Source: Eledone cirrhosa (lineage: Eukaryota). From it: 64,000 bases of DNA. The stretch covers positions 52,266,001 to 52,330,000 of the forward strand of contig OZ024741.1 of NCBI GenBank assembly GCA_964016885.1, read 5' to 3'. Of this stretch, positions 1 to 14,114 are shown piece by piece. Below the pieces are notes generated by a model that saw only the letters and a list, made by a program, of their open reading frames with translations, was not told the DNA's origin and searched no databases. Within the stretch, counting starts at the first letter, position 1, and every line of letters begins with the position of its first letter. The position numbers and the translations under genes were made by a program.

Positions 1-511
1 TAAGGGATAAAAATATTGCTTTCTCAGTCACCAAGCTTCTCAATTCATTCCTTACTACTTACTATTTTGCTACGAGGTATATTAATTTGCAAGGTACTAT
101 TTTTCCCCTGAGTGTGTGATTTCAGAGAAAGGTAAGAAATTCTTCATATTTTGCATCTTTTGTATTTTGACTTTGCAGTTTCAATTGTCTATCCACTCAA
201 AATATTACAACAGCTAACAGTGAAATATAGAATTTAAAAAAAAAAAAGCTTTTTCGACTGAGATCAAATGTTTTTTTTTATTTCAAAAATATATAATTTG
301 AAATAGCTTGATTTTGTTTTGGACTGAAACTTTTTTGTATTTAATTCGTACGAGTATTTTTTCAAGAATTTAAGATAACTTGGTTTGGCCCAGTAATCTA
401 CTGATATCAAAATCAGTAGTATATTGAAAAATGGAAAAATAGGGTAGAGGGCGTTTCGTGATTTCGAGGGTAAAAAGGGGGCGTTTGGCCGAAATGGGTT
501 GAGAACCTTTG
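1..511. mobile_element. Right end of a hAT (Charlie-like) non-autonomous DNA transposon, truncated by the window edge
   Basis: Ends in ggttgagaacctttg followed by gtatagaa, resembling hAT-Charlie TIR plus NTCTAGAN-like target site; left end not in window. Confidence 0.4.
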
Positions 512-941
512 GTATAGAACAATCTTGAAATGTTTATTTCTTTGTTGTGAGGAATAATTTGTCCTAAAAATATATAATATATAATATAATATAATATAAT
601 AAGTTGAGGAATATAAATGAAACCAAATGGAAGTGAAATTTAGATATAATATAGATAAAATATTATATAGGTAAGAAAATACTAAAGTTTGTGTAAGTAT
701 TGTATTGTGTTAGAGTAGTTAGAATGAAGTTTTCTCTGTAGGGAATTATATTTTCGAATAAGAATCTACATTAATAATCTGTTTTTTTTTTTTTTTAAAG
801 GAGGTTTAAATGGATATCAGTTAACAATTTTGTTAGATTATTGAAAATAATGTAATATATAGTGCTAAATTATAGTTAATTACTTAAAACAGTTATAGGG
901 ATGAGATATAGGATTTAATCCATGGATTAATTTTAGTAGCA

Positions 942-996
<55 letters not shown>

Positions 997-1259
997 TAGA
1001 TAGATATACACACGCATATATATACATACACACACGTATATACACACACATACATACACATATATATACATGCACAGACATATACACATACTATATACAC
1101 ACACGCATATACATGTACACTCACACATGTATATATATAGGCATACACTTATGCATACACATACATATACACACACACATATACATATTCACACACACAC
1201 ATATACTCATACATTTTTTCTCCTATATCATTTTCTATATTTGTTTAGTTGTATTTATA

Positions 1260-2250
1260 ATATTTGAATGTCCTTCTAATTTTATGGTTACATACTATAA
1301 TTAATTCTTGTCTTTTATTTAATAGTGTCCTTCAATTTAGTAATCTCAAAAATTTCTTGGGAACACAGTCCACACTCCCTTCTATTGCCCTGATAAGAAA
1401 TAGCTCTCTTAAGAATCTTCCAAGTTAGGTTATATTTAATATTCCTTTTTTTACAATTATTAACTGCTTCTGCTAAAGAAGTGGTATTAACTAATTTTCT
1501 GTTTCGGAAACTGTGGGTGTGTGCATAAAATCTCGATTTAAATGGATTAGAAGTGGATCCTATGTAAGATTGATTAGAGTCCCTAGTAGTGATTACACAT
1601 TTATATACTATATTATTAATTAAGCAATTTCCATTTAAGGGGCAATTATCTTTTATTCAACAATTACAACCGTTTGTATATAGGGTTTCAGATGTGCTAT
1701 CCATATTCTCAATAATAGTGCTAGTATTTGTGTTTACCTTTTTATTTGGGAGAGAAGGGTTTACGGTTGGGTGGTTGCGGCCCGAATTGTTGTTAGTTGG
1801 TGAAATTATACTGGATATAGCGTTTATAGAGTCATGGTTGCTTTGGAAGCTATTGGTTAGATTGGGTATGTAATTCTTAGTCCCTATTAAGGATGAGGAA
1901 GATGGTAGTTGGTTGTAGGCTGCTGTATTGTGCTGGTGAGGTGAGTGAGCAGATGTAGCAGGTGGGTATGCAGTAATATTCTGGTTACGCGTTGTAGTAT
2001 TACCATAGTTATCTTGTGTGGTGTGCTATTGTGTGTGGTATAGATGGAGCTTTTTTTACATTTATAGATGTTATAGGCACTTATTTTTTGTTGTATATTG
2101 CTCGATGTGGAGTAAGAAAATTTTACTGTATTTCTGTTTAAGATTTGATGGTATTTGTGGTTAGGTGGAAAATGTTTATCGAGAATTGTAAAATTTTTTT
2201 AGGGATTTGGCCCATAGTTTGCAAGTTGAATGGAGCGTTATACCATGTTA
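1260..2250 (-). pseudogene. Penelope-like element remnant: RT thumb/linker and C-terminal GIY-YIG endonuclease (frameshifted)
   Basis: Minus-strand translation gives WYNAPFN...ILDKHFPPNHKYHQILNRNTVKFSYS and SYIGSTSNPFKSRFYAHTHSF...LTWKILKRA...CGLC; homologous to ORF 27843-28559. Confidence 0.8.
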
Positions 2251-2260
2251 CATTTCTTTT

Positions 2261-2400
2261 ATGGTTTCTAAAGACGGCGGGTAGTGAAGACGTATGTATT
2301 TTTTCTTACTATGATATTTTGTAATATATTTTACATAGCTCAATAATTGAATGGACATACGGGGAACTACCCCCCCCCCAAGAAACGATCGTAAAATAAT
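2261..2400 (+). ncRNA. Decayed type I hammerhead ribozyme with long stem II, in an inverted PLE terminal repeat
   Basis: atggttt-CTAAAGA (G5A)-stem II ggcgggtagt/actacccccc and cgtatgt/acatacg-GAAA-cgatcg-TA-aaataat. Confidence 0.5.
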
Positions 2401-2696
2401 GAGTTTTACTATGAATTAACGGCTTTGTGTTTTATTTCATTGTTTTAATATTTCTATTTTTGACTCTGTATCCAATGAATTATATCGTTGAAAATTTTGT
2501 ATTTTAAACTTTGCTTCACGACATCTTCTACACACGGATTACATTGAGTTCTTCATACGGTTTAGACCCTACCATTGAGTGGTAGATTTATCTGTATATA
2601 TATATATATATATATTAGTGTGTATGTGTGTATGTATATGTGTGTGTGTATACATCTATATATATATATGTGTAGGTGTCTGTGTCCTATATCCAC

Positions 2697-2763
<67 letters not shown>

Positions 2764-3080
2764 ATATATATATACACACACATACACACACACTTAAAAA
2801 GCCTTCCTATTTACCAGGAAATATTAGCTACACACATCCTGTCCTCAAACAAGTTATATGATACATATGACTTAATATTCAGCCACCAAATTCGACCTAG
2901 ATACAGTAAAGCTGTATTCGATACTTTGAAGTCACCTGTTATAATTTCTTTCAACAACACCACCAGCTCTCTCTCTCTTTATCTCCCCTCCTCTCTCTCT
3001 CTTCTATTTTCCTTCTCTGTCTCCTCGCTATCTCTCGAGGTCTCTCTTTTAATCTACTCTCATACAACCACCATCTCTTT

Positions 3081-3558
3081 ATGAAGGTACCCGGAAAAAC
3101 CGCAATCTCGGGAACTGGTGCTCCGATTTATGCGAAATGTATCGTTTTCGGTGCGCCCGGCCGACTAACTCACTCGATATACAAATTAGGCTGCTCAGCC
3201 GTTAATATGCATAAGGAAAATATATACTTTCAAACATTCAATCGACTAACAGGAAGTTATACGGTGGTGATGACAGCTAATAAGCTAGAAACTAGTTCAT
3301 CGTTCCTTTGTCAGTGTTGAACAAAAGGGCAACGATTGTTGCCGAACACTGTACGGCTTAATTCGGGCTGTTTGTTTACAAACAAATCGAACATTATAAT
3401 AAATGTTCGATAAACCCATACGTACATATATATATGTGTTCATGTATGTATGTATATGCATACTACTGTACGTCTGTATATGTATGTACGTATACATACC
3501 TATATTTTAAGTATCAGCCGTACTAAGAGTGAGAACTGAAATTTCATTTTTTCCGTTT
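3081..3558 (+). mobile_element. Diverged copy of the ~425 bp hammerhead-bearing non-coding repeat (PLE pLTR/retrozyme-like), with extra 5' parent sequence
   Basis: Clear similarity to 15869-16300 and 30484-30904; ends ttttttccgttt into (TA)n; hammerhead at 3261-3303 has a C3G core mutation (GTGATGA). Confidence 0.8.
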
Positions 3559-3582
3559 ATATATATATATATATATATATAT

Positions 3583-4071
3583 AGTACGTTATTCCGGGTT
3601 GAATCGGAGGTAACCACAGTAAGTAAGGTACTCAATACATAGCAGAGTATAAAAGTTTTAATATAGATGAGATTCTACAGGACTAGAACTGTTTCATTCT
3701 TTAGAAATCATCAGGAATCTGGGTATCAAAAAATAAGTATGGTATTTATAAGTGGTAGGAGAGGTGGGGAGTGGGATGGGTGTAGGTCATTGGTTGATAG
3801 AAAAGGGAATTCATTAAAAGCTAATTCTACAAAGCTATAGTTTATTTTTATTTATTTTTAGAGTAACAAAGGCAGACAGAATTCTATAAACAGGTTCAGG
3901 ATAGCATGCCACTCCTTGTTATTAAGTTTCTCTTAAGCTAACAGGTGTCTATAATATCAGTGGGGGGTCAGTCATGGTAGATAGATTTAAAGGAAAGGGA
4001 GATTCTTTAAAAGCTAAATTCATTAAGGTTCTACTAAGTGACAAAGGTTTAGAGAATTCTGTAGACAAATT

Positions 4072-4075
<4 letters not shown>
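3583..4075 (-). mobile_element. PLE-type 3' terminal fragment flanked by (TA)n
   Basis: Contains intact hammerhead, downstream attgagtac motif and a diverged ~190 bp internal duplication; both ends in (TA)n. Confidence 0.65.
3670..3720 (-). ncRNA. Type I hammerhead ribozyme, intact core
   Basis: Reverse complement: agattc-CTGATGA-t ttct aa agaa t-GAAA-cag ttctagtc ctg-TA-gaatct; stem I 6 bp, cleavage triplet GUA. Confidence 0.85.
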
Positions 4076-4129
<54 letters not shown>

Positions 4130-4285
4130 GGATACTATTTATGGTTATGTATATACTAAAACTTTTTATAGTTATATATATTTTAAACCCTAAACAGTGA
4201 AGGTCAGTAATTTATTACTACCTTATTACCAGTAAGATAAATAGCTCAATGTAATAACATCAGTTGTTCTACAGAGCAGTTATAT

Positions 4286-5096
4286 AGAATTCACAAGAAT
4301 CAAAGCTATGTTCAAAGCATTTATTCACTTACAATTGTTTCATCCAAAACTAGGCTTGGGGTCTTCGGAGCATTTTTCAATGTTTGTACACATAATTGAC
4401 CCCCTTTCCAACGCAAGAGACATACAGATACATATGTATATATTGATGTACAGTGGAGTGACATATATTATATTATATTATTTCTGTATAGCAATTCAAA
4501 TTCAAATTCAAAATCAAAATTAAAATTAAAACAAAATTAAAACAAAATTAAAATACTTTCGGCTGTTAACATAGATAATGCATAGATAATGCAAAATGTT
4601 ACATGTAATACAAGCACTTTAAGCGGGTAAGTAAGTACGTAAGTAAGTAAGTAATACTCTTACTTACCCGCTTAAAGTGCTTGTATTACATGTAACACCC
4701 TGCCACACAATAATTATATATAAATGAGACACACGTGCATGCCCCACGTGTAACTAACGCATACAATAACTACTACATCTGACTAACAAACTATCCTCTT
4801 GCAGTATCTATGTTAACTGCCGAATGTATTTTAATTTTGTTTTAATTTTGTTTTAATTTTAATTTTGATTTTGATTTTGAATTTGAATTGCTATACAGAA
4901 ATAATATAATATAATATATGTCACTCCACTGTACATCAATATATACATATGTATCTGTATGTCTCTTGCGTTGGAAAGAAGGTCAATTATGTGTACAAAC
5001 ATTGAAAAATGCTCCGAAGACGTCAAGCCTAGTTTTGGATGAAACAATTGTAAGTGAATAAATGCTTTGAACATAGCTTTGATTCTTGTGAATTCT
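4286..5096. repeat. Large near-perfect inverted duplication (outer arms ~290 bp, inner arms 39 bp), PLE-type terminus
   Basis: 4286-4582 is the reverse complement of 4800-5096 (mirror ORFs 4308..4523 + and 4859..5074 -); 4597-4635 pairs with 4659-4697; arms end gaaacaattgtaagtgaataaa...TA. Confidence 0.9.
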
Positions 5097-5116
5097 CTAT
5101 ATATATATATATATAT

Positions 5117-6746
5117 CAGCAGAGAGGCCTACAACACTCTGGCACTCCAACACCTTGACGATGACAACCTCTACTCCAAAGTCACAGGAATTACTCCCGC
5201 GTAGATCGAGGAGCACATCAACGCCGCCTGGACCAACATCTGTGACCAGCGGAAGCTCCCGAAGAAGTTCAGACACAACCTCCTCACGAGGAACAGCAGA
5301 CTAACCGCCTTCTACCACCTTGTAAAAAAACACAAACAGGGACCCGACCTGAAGATCAGACCCATCGTATCGAGCGTAGAAGGACCGCTCTACAAATTAT
5401 CATGGCTCCTAGCCAGAATACTCAAACCCATACTAGACACCTTGCCGGGACACGTAAACAGTTCCGAGGAGGTGTTGGAGCGCCTGCATCAAATGGATCC
5501 CGACACCAGAAAGGCTAACAGGTATGCCTTCAGCCTTGATGTGGTCGCTCTTTACACCTCGGTCCCGGCGCTCCCGGCCGTTGATATACTGATGGAACGC
5601 GTCCAATCTACCGCCCTACACTGCTTCGGGATCACCCCCACTGACATCCACCAACTCCTATCCGTCGTCGTTGACAAAACATACTTCGGTTTTCTCGACC
5701 AAACATACCGGCAGACCTCGGGACTGCCCATGGGCTCAAGCCTGTCGGGCGTGGTAGCGATCTCATACATGGACAGCCTCCAGCGCAAGGCACTCACCAC
5801 CTGCCACGCCAACGCCGTCGCCTTTTTCTAGAGGTACGTGGATGACATCCTCATCCTCACATCTTCCCAGGAGATGGCGAACGGAATCTTTGAGATGTTC
5901 AACAACACGGACAAGAACATTAATTTCAGTGTTGAACACCCCAGCGACGACGGGTCACTTGCCCTCCTCGACTGCCGAATCAACATCACGGAGCAGGGAG
6001 GGATCCACACCAACTTCTACCGCAAGGCAGCCTGCAGGGACTTGTTCGTCCACTACAAGTCTGCCCTCCCTAACAGCGCTAAAAGAGGGTACATCACGAA
6101 CGAGATCATGCGAATTAAAAACAGATGCAGCGATCCCGTGAGTGGTGTCATCCACACCAAGCGATTTCTCAAAGTGCTAGAGACGAGCGGGTACCCTGCC
6201 TCGCTCACAAACAAAGTAGGAGACACCAGACGCAAGAGGCCGAGAAACACCCAAAGCAAGTGCTTCCTTAAAATCCCACACCTGGGCGAGAATACCACCA
6301 ATGGTATCCGCAAGGCTACACGGAGAGAAGGCCTCAACATCCACCTGGCCCACTCGGGCCCCTCCCCGCGGAGATGCCTCTCCAGGAAACCCGGGAAATC
6401 GACTGACGCGTGTTCCCTCGTAAACTGTCCGATGCGCCACACGAACTGTTGCTTACGCACATATGTGGTATACAGGGTGGAATGTGACAAGTGCAACGAG
6501 TACTATATCGGTAGCACAATCCGGCCGCTACATATCCGTATCAAGGAACACATCAACACCAGGGCCTCGTCTTTCCGGAAACATATCACCAAATGCCGAA
6601 ACAAAGACGGAAGGCCCATTGTCACACTGCTAGCGACAGAACGCAACGTCGGCACGCAATGAATCAAGGAAGCACTTTGGATCAAACGCCTAGGGCCACA
6701 AATAAATAACCGATCCGAGAGAAGCGAGATGAGGTGGTTGGTGTGA
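5117..6746 (+). pseudogene. Penelope-like retroelement ORF (RT plus C-terminal Cys-rich GIY-YIG endonuclease), 5'-truncated, with stops and a frameshift
   Basis: FYHLVK.HK...KIRPIVS, FSLDVVALYTSV, YRQTSGLPMGSSLS, RYVDD, FYRK, CSLVNC..CC..YVVYRVECDKCNEYYIGSTIRPLHIRIKEH, IKEALWIK; stops at 5202, 5829, 6660. Confidence 0.92.
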
Positions 6747-7142
6747 ATTAACGAGGCACCAACACACGCACACACTCAAACACACACACACACACAGTGA
6801 CATTCGACGGTTGTTTTTGTGTGTGTAACACCGCCACCATCCACCGACCTAATTAAATAAAAAAAAAAGAAAAGAGACCAGGCAGAATACTACTACTACC
6901 AGACGACTATACTACACTGCCAGTACCAAAAAGCCAACACAGATAAATAGTACAATGGACTGACTGCTAACGCCATCCCACTCCCACAATTAAAAGAACT
7001 ACTTCGAACTCTGCTTGACCGCACCGATTCAATGCGCACGCGCGCTCTGCAGAATACCTCAATTAGTCACGAACAGCCAACAGCAGAGGCCACGTTCTAT
7101 TCCTCTCCGACAGATAACCCCCCCCCCCCCCGCCGGAAAACC

Positions 7143-7176
7143 CCCCAGTTGATGGATGCGAATCCGAAATATAGGG
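7143..7176 (+). ncRNA. Decayed minimal hammerhead in the 3' terminal region of the 5117-6746 PLE
   Basis: ccc-CAGTTGA (2 core mismatches)-t ggat gcga atcc-GAAA-ta-TA-ggg. Confidence 0.45.
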
Positions 7177-7419
7177 ACAATTAAATCTCTCTCAAGGTAA
7201 CTCTATCTCGTGTTATTATTTTTATTTTTTACGCTCTTTCATACGTTCCTCTACACACTTTACATCACATTCTACACTCCCTTATATCTCTCTTTTCACC
7301 CCCGGATCCTGTTACCCGGAGAATTACCCATCTGCATTGTTGAGGCTCCCAAATCGACCAAAACATAATAAATCTTATTATTCCACAATGCTTCAAGCAA
7401 ACTTCGATACTCTCTCTCT

Positions 7420-7451
<32 letters not shown>

Positions 7452-7452
<1 letters not shown>

Positions 7453-7790
7453 AAACGAAAAATCAGTGATGCATCTGAGCTCAATTTATTGTGTGTTACA
7501 ATTGTTTCGCCGGCGGACAGCTCGAGACGCGATCATTGTGTGGATCTGTCTGATTCTGGAACCGTAGGTTCGACGGACACGTCTAATAATTTCGGAGCAT
7601 ATTCTCTCACTGGGGTATCTGACCCTCTGGGCCAGTACTGTCAAAAACTGCATCCTCTTCGCGCGTCCAGTGATTGGCCGCTGGTTCTCTACGTCATCAT
7701 AATTCTGATCACAGGTACCAGTCCGCTGTCCTATGTCTGCTACACTTCAATGAATTACTACTGTGTTTGGTAGTTCACACACCCACGCGC
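7452..7790 (-). mobile_element. PLE-type terminal fragment; only the 3' half of a hammerhead is recognisable
   Basis: Minus strand gcGAAAcaattgTAacacacaataaattgagctc running into (TA)n; long GC stem 7509-7532 with 7659-7685. Confidence 0.4.
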
Positions 7791-8893
7791 GCACTCTCTC
7801 TCTCACACACACACACACAATAACCTAGATAACGACAGTCGTACGTGTAGACTGCCGCTATACCCACACATTAAGGAGAACATATAAACATATAAACATA
7901 CGCATGCATTCATCCAGAGAGGCACGTACATACACAGACACATGCCCACAAGCCTATATACATCAACACGCACACACATGCTCATACACATGCATACGCG
8001 TATGCATACACGTACACACAAACACGCACAGACATATACATATACCTCCCCCCCCTCCACCCACGCACACACACATATACACACGTACCCACATATACAC
8101 ACGCACAGATACACACTCGCTCGCAAACACGCGTATATATATATACACACAAACAAGCCCTTTCCTTACAGGGGTGCTTGTACACACATACACTGGCCCA
8201 TATACACTCTTACAAATATGCGCATATTCCCATACACACCCACGCACGCCTAAAAAAAAATATATCTATATATATACATAAACAGAATATACACACAAAG
8301 TCATATGAAAATACACAATGGGTCGTACATGAAAGGATGCATCTTGTTATAAACATGTACACATATAAAATACACACACATATATATATATATATAAATA
8401 AAATTAGTCCTTCATCAGTGATCTTCCAACTTTCATTGGTATTTCATCGCTTTAAAAATCATATACCTCTAGTTGGTGCGAGCAATAACTCAATAAAGTT
8501 ATTGGGACAAGTAAAATAGGGTGAAGCGAGCGAGACATGTAAACAAACAACGATGGTATTGCAACGGAAAGATAGGAAGAAACAAGTACATGATATCTGT
8601 AAGCTTAAGCTTGGTGAATTCATGAACGAGAGATACAGACCATCCGACATGGGTGAGATGTGAGCGAGAAAAGGATTTCACAGAGGTCAAACGGGAGGAA
8701 GTGAGAGAGGGGGAGAAGCAGAGAGTGAGTGAGTGGAAGTGTGAGGAAGAGACCAGCCGAGAGAGTGTGTGACTGGCAGAGGGGTTAAAAAGAAGGTGAG
8801 AGATACAGAGAGAGGGGAAGCAGTAAGAAAGAAACCGACAATCGCAGCTGAGGAAAAAATATAAATATGAGAAAAATGGAGAGCTGCGTGGTT

Positions 8894-9042
<149 letters not shown>

Positions 9043-9599
9043 CATATACGTATATACATATATATAAAAAAAATATAAAATATATTAAAAATATACATAT
9101 AACGGCACATAGAGATACACAGTGTGCTATACATGAAACGGTGTGCCCAGTTGTATGTGTCTACAGAGATGTTGTTACGCTGCGAACATGGATCAATCCA
9201 CGTATGGAATCTTCACGCAAAGCCACATAATAGGCGTTCATGGTATTACAGTAAATAGTATGCGCAGACCGTACAAAGAACATGCGTGCAGAATATATAT
9301 AAAAAAGAAGGAATGTGTATGCATACGAGATAGTACACAAGAGAAGTATGAGATACACACGTGGGTCTGTATACGCAAAATACATTAGATGTTACAAAAT
9401 GGAATATGTAGAGAGTATGCACTCTCTATTGAAAAGATACACATGCAGGGGGATGCGTGGACCGGCCATACTGGAGTATGTCACTGTGGTTGAGGTATAG
9501 TGTCTTGGTGTAAGGCATTCGACTGAATATCAATGGAATTCGGGTCAACCTGTCCCGGCTCAGGCGATGTTCTTGCCTAGGGTGACGTGCAGAGTCGGG

Positions 9600-10198
9600 T
9601 GGGCATCCTTCGGCTTATCCCACGGGGCATATATAATCAACAGGGTATGTCTGATCTCTTGAACCCGTTTCGCCGCTCTGGTCGGCGTGCGCTCCGCCGC
9701 ATGCTTTTAGCTTGGGCTGCCCGGTGGATTCCATGCGGAGAGTGTGCACCTTCTCTGGTGTCTGCACATCATGATTATTTCCGATTTCAGGTTGACCGCA
9801 TCATCCTTCAGTCTGACTATCTCCATGGCCTTAGATAGGCATAACCTACACTTTCTATTTCCAGCCGAATATGCATTCGCGTGCTGAACGATACTCCAGT
9901 TAAGGGCATACGAGGATGCCTTTGTCTTTCAAGTCCTACACCAGGCCCGCCAGCCTAGTAGAGTGCCTCTTGCTCCGGTCCTTGAAAGAGTTCGTGTGGT
10001 TATACATCCACGATTTAAAGGTCGTGGATGTTGCGCCGATGTAGGTGCACTTTATATTGTGCGTGCTAACCACACATTTATATACCAGGCCATACGTTAG
10101 GCATCTTCCCTGCAGGGGGCACTGTGTGCCCGCTCTGCAGTTGCAAGTTCTATCGTTATATTGTTCGTTTCGGATGCCTGGCCCTTTGATCTGCCACG
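9600..10198 (-). pseudogene. PLE GIY-YIG fragment with 3' UTR
   Basis: CNCRAGTQCPLQGRCLTYGLVYKC...YIGATSTTFKSWMYNHTNSF; possible decayed hammerhead at 9634-9777. Confidence 0.8.
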
Positions 10199-10266
<68 letters not shown>

Positions 10267-10594
10267 TATGTATATATATATATTATACAGACACGCACAG
10301 GCAGACACCACACACTTACACATCACATACACACATACATATATGTATTTAGTAAAGGTGCAGTTGTCATGGAAATGATGATGGTGGTATTAGTGGTGGC
10401 GGTAGTAGTAGTAGTAATAGCGATGACGTTGTTATTGATGGTAGCGCTGGTGGTGATGGCACTGGTGATAGTGGCGCTGGTGGTGGTGTTTCACAGTAAT
10501 ACAAACTACTTTAGATTACTCTATTTGATTCAATTAAAACCCGTAATTACAATACAACAACAAGAACTACATTATTAATAACAATGATGCTACC

Positions 10595-10598
10595 ATGG

Positions 10599-10636
<38 letters not shown>

Positions 10637-11200
10637 CTAACCTGTACAACAAAAAGGATAACAACGGGACCAACAACAACAACAGCAACAACAACAACAA
10701 CAACACTAACCTGTACAAGAATAAGGATAATAACAACGTGACCAACAACAACAGCAACAACAACAGCAACAACAGCAACAGCAACAGCAACAACAACAAC
10801 AACAGCAGCAACAACAGCAACAACAGCAGCAACAACAACAACAACAACACTAACCTGTACAAGAATAAGGATAATAACAACGTGACCAACAACAACAGCA
10901 ACAACAACAGCAACAACAGCAACAGCAACAGCAACAGCAACAACAACAGCAGCAACAACAGCAACAACAGCAGCAACAACAACAGCAACAACAACAACAA
11001 CAACACTAACCTGTACAACAATAAGGATAATAACAACGTGACCAACAACAACAGCAACAACAACAACAACAGCAACAACAACAGCAGCAACAACAACAAC
11101 AACAGCAACAACAACAACAACAACAACACTAACCTGTACAACAATAAGGATAATAACAACGTGACCAACAACAACAATAATAACAACACCAACATGTATA
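10595..11200. repeat. (AAC/AGC)n microsatellite with five interspersed ~39 bp spacer units
   Basis: Recurring actaacctgtacaa(c/g)aataaggataataacaacgtgacc. Confidence 0.9.
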
Positions 11201-11463
11201 ACGACAGCATCATCAACACCAAGTCGTATAGCAATCATATCTTCCACACCTTACCAACCCAAACATGACCATCAATACTGTCACTCTGAAGACTCCCACC
11301 ATCACCTACAAAACCACAACAATCGCCATCACCTCAATTACAAACATGGCCACCACTACCAAAGATATCAAATATTTCCCTCCAAGACTGGTGCTGCTCC
11401 TGCTACTACTACTACTGCTGCTCTGCTGTTGCTACTTCTACTACTGTTGTTGCTGCTCTGCTG

Positions 11464-11518
<55 letters not shown>

Positions 11519-11680
11519 ATATGAGTTCAGTATGTGTTTCTTCTCACCTCTCTTATCGTTGTTGTTGTTGCTGCTGCTGCCGTTTCTTAAATGAAATTTT
11601 CCCTAACTCTCCCACATGTAAACCCATTGATACACAAACATAATCTCATACACACTCTCCCACCTTTTTCTCTATATGTT

Positions 11681-11714
<34 letters not shown>

Positions 11715-11729
11715 AACATATAGAGAAAA

Positions 11730-12519
<790 letters not shown>

Positions 12520-12649
12520 TATATATATATACTTACATATATATATATATAATATATATATATATATATACTTACATATATATAATATATATATATTATA
12601 TATATATATATATATACTTACATATATAATATATTATATTATATATATA

Positions 12650-12837
12650 GGCGCGGTGGATTGGCAGTATCGGTAGAGGGTCGGACGCCAGGCTTTCCAG
12701 CATAGTTACGTCCCTTTACGGACTGAGTTCAAATCCCGCCGAGGTTGACTTTGCCTTTCATCCTTACGAGGTCGATAAAATAAAGTACCAGTAATGTACT
12801 GGGTAATTGCTGGCCTTGTGCCTAAAGTAGAAACAAG
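12650..12837 (+). mobile_element. tRNA-headed SINE (family 1)
   Basis: A-box tggcagtatcgg, B-box gagttcaaatcc, conserved core ttgcctttcatccttacg(a/g)ggtcgataaaataaagtaccag, tail gcctaaagtagaaacaa; at least 8 copies in window. Confidence 0.85.
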
Positions 12838-13094
12838 ATATATATATATATACGATACATACATACATGTATACACACCTTATGCTTCAGTGTGTATGTC
12901 TGTGCGTGTGACTTTATCTGTAATTTAGATCTAAATTAAAAGTTTCGCGTTGAAGGAATTACGTGTTAAAATATTTAATAACCTGACGCAAAAGGAAAAA
13001 CTCATGTGTCTCTGTCTTTCGTTTTATTGTTATCATTACACAGTTTTCATCCACCTTCTTACTTCTGTCTTTTCAGTCTTTATTTTCTCCACCC

Positions 13095-13232
13095 CGTCTG
13101 TGTGTGTGTGTGTGTGTGTGTATGTGTGTGTGTATGTGTATATGAGTTTGTGTCTCTCTCTGAGTGTCTTTCCCCTTCTCTCTCTCTCTAGGTCTATATT
13201 ATTTTCTCCACCCGCCACAGTCTGTGTGTTTG

Positions 13233-13271
<39 letters not shown>

Positions 13272-14025
13272 ATGAGTCTGTGTCTCTCTCTGAGTGTCTT
13301 TCCCCTTCTCTCTCTCTCTGCGTCTATATGTATGTGTGTATGTGTATATGAGTCTGTGTCTCTCTCTGAGTGTCTTTCCCCTTCTTTCTCCCTCTGCGTC
13401 TATATGTGTGTGTGTATGTGTATATGAGTTTGTGTCTCTTTCTGAGTGTATTTTCCCTTCTCTCTCTCTCTACGTCTATGTGTGTGTGTGTACGTGTGTG
13501 TGTGTGTACGCGTGTGTGTGTGTCTCTCTGGGTCTCTTGCTTTTCTCTCTCTACGTCTATGTGTGTGTATATATATGTGTGTGTGTGTGTACATGTATGT
13601 ATGTTTGTGTCTGTGTGTCTATACGTTTGTGAGTCTCTCTCTCTCTATCTCTCTCTCTCTCTCTTTCTCTCCGTGTACGTGAGTTTGTGTATATGTGTTT
13701 CTGTGTATGTGTGTGTATCTCTCTTTATTTGTGTAACTGTGTGTGTGTGTATGTGCGAGTCTATCTCTGTGTCTGTGTATGTGTGTGTGTTTGTGTGTGT
13801 GTGTGAGTGTATCACTATGATTATGTGTGTGTGTGAGTGTAACACTATGATTATGTGTGTGTGTGTTTGTATGTGTGTGAGTGTGTCACTATGATTGTGT
13901 GTGTGAGTGTTTGTATGTGTGTGAGTGTGAGTGTGACACTATGATTATGTGTGTGTGTGTTTGTATGTGTGTGTATGTGTGAGTGTGTCACTATGATTGT
14001 GTGTGTGTGTGTATCTACTTGTGTG
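13095..14025. repeat. Compound (GT)n/(CT)n minisatellite with ~60 bp and ~30-45 bp units
   Basis: Repeated tatatgagt(c/t)tgtgtctctctctgagtgtctttccccttc and cactatgatt units. Confidence 0.8.
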
Positions 14026-14114
14026 TGTTTCGTTAGAGCCGTGTTGTGATGTGACGATGGATGTCTTGGTGTAGTGGAGAGAAGAATGGTGTGGAGTGGA
14101 CTGGTGGGTTTGAC

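Noticed and set aside
4308-5074. Two near-identical 71 aa ORFs on opposite strands as a duplicated gene
   Set aside because: By-product of the palindrome; no recognisable protein features
6660-6662. In-frame TGA in the PLE ORF as possible selenocysteine (as in some Naiad PLEs)
   Set aside because: Aligns to Arg of RIKE (intact in the 18790 relative), so CGA to TGA decay; the element also has TAG stops and a frameshift, and its endonuclease is C-terminal
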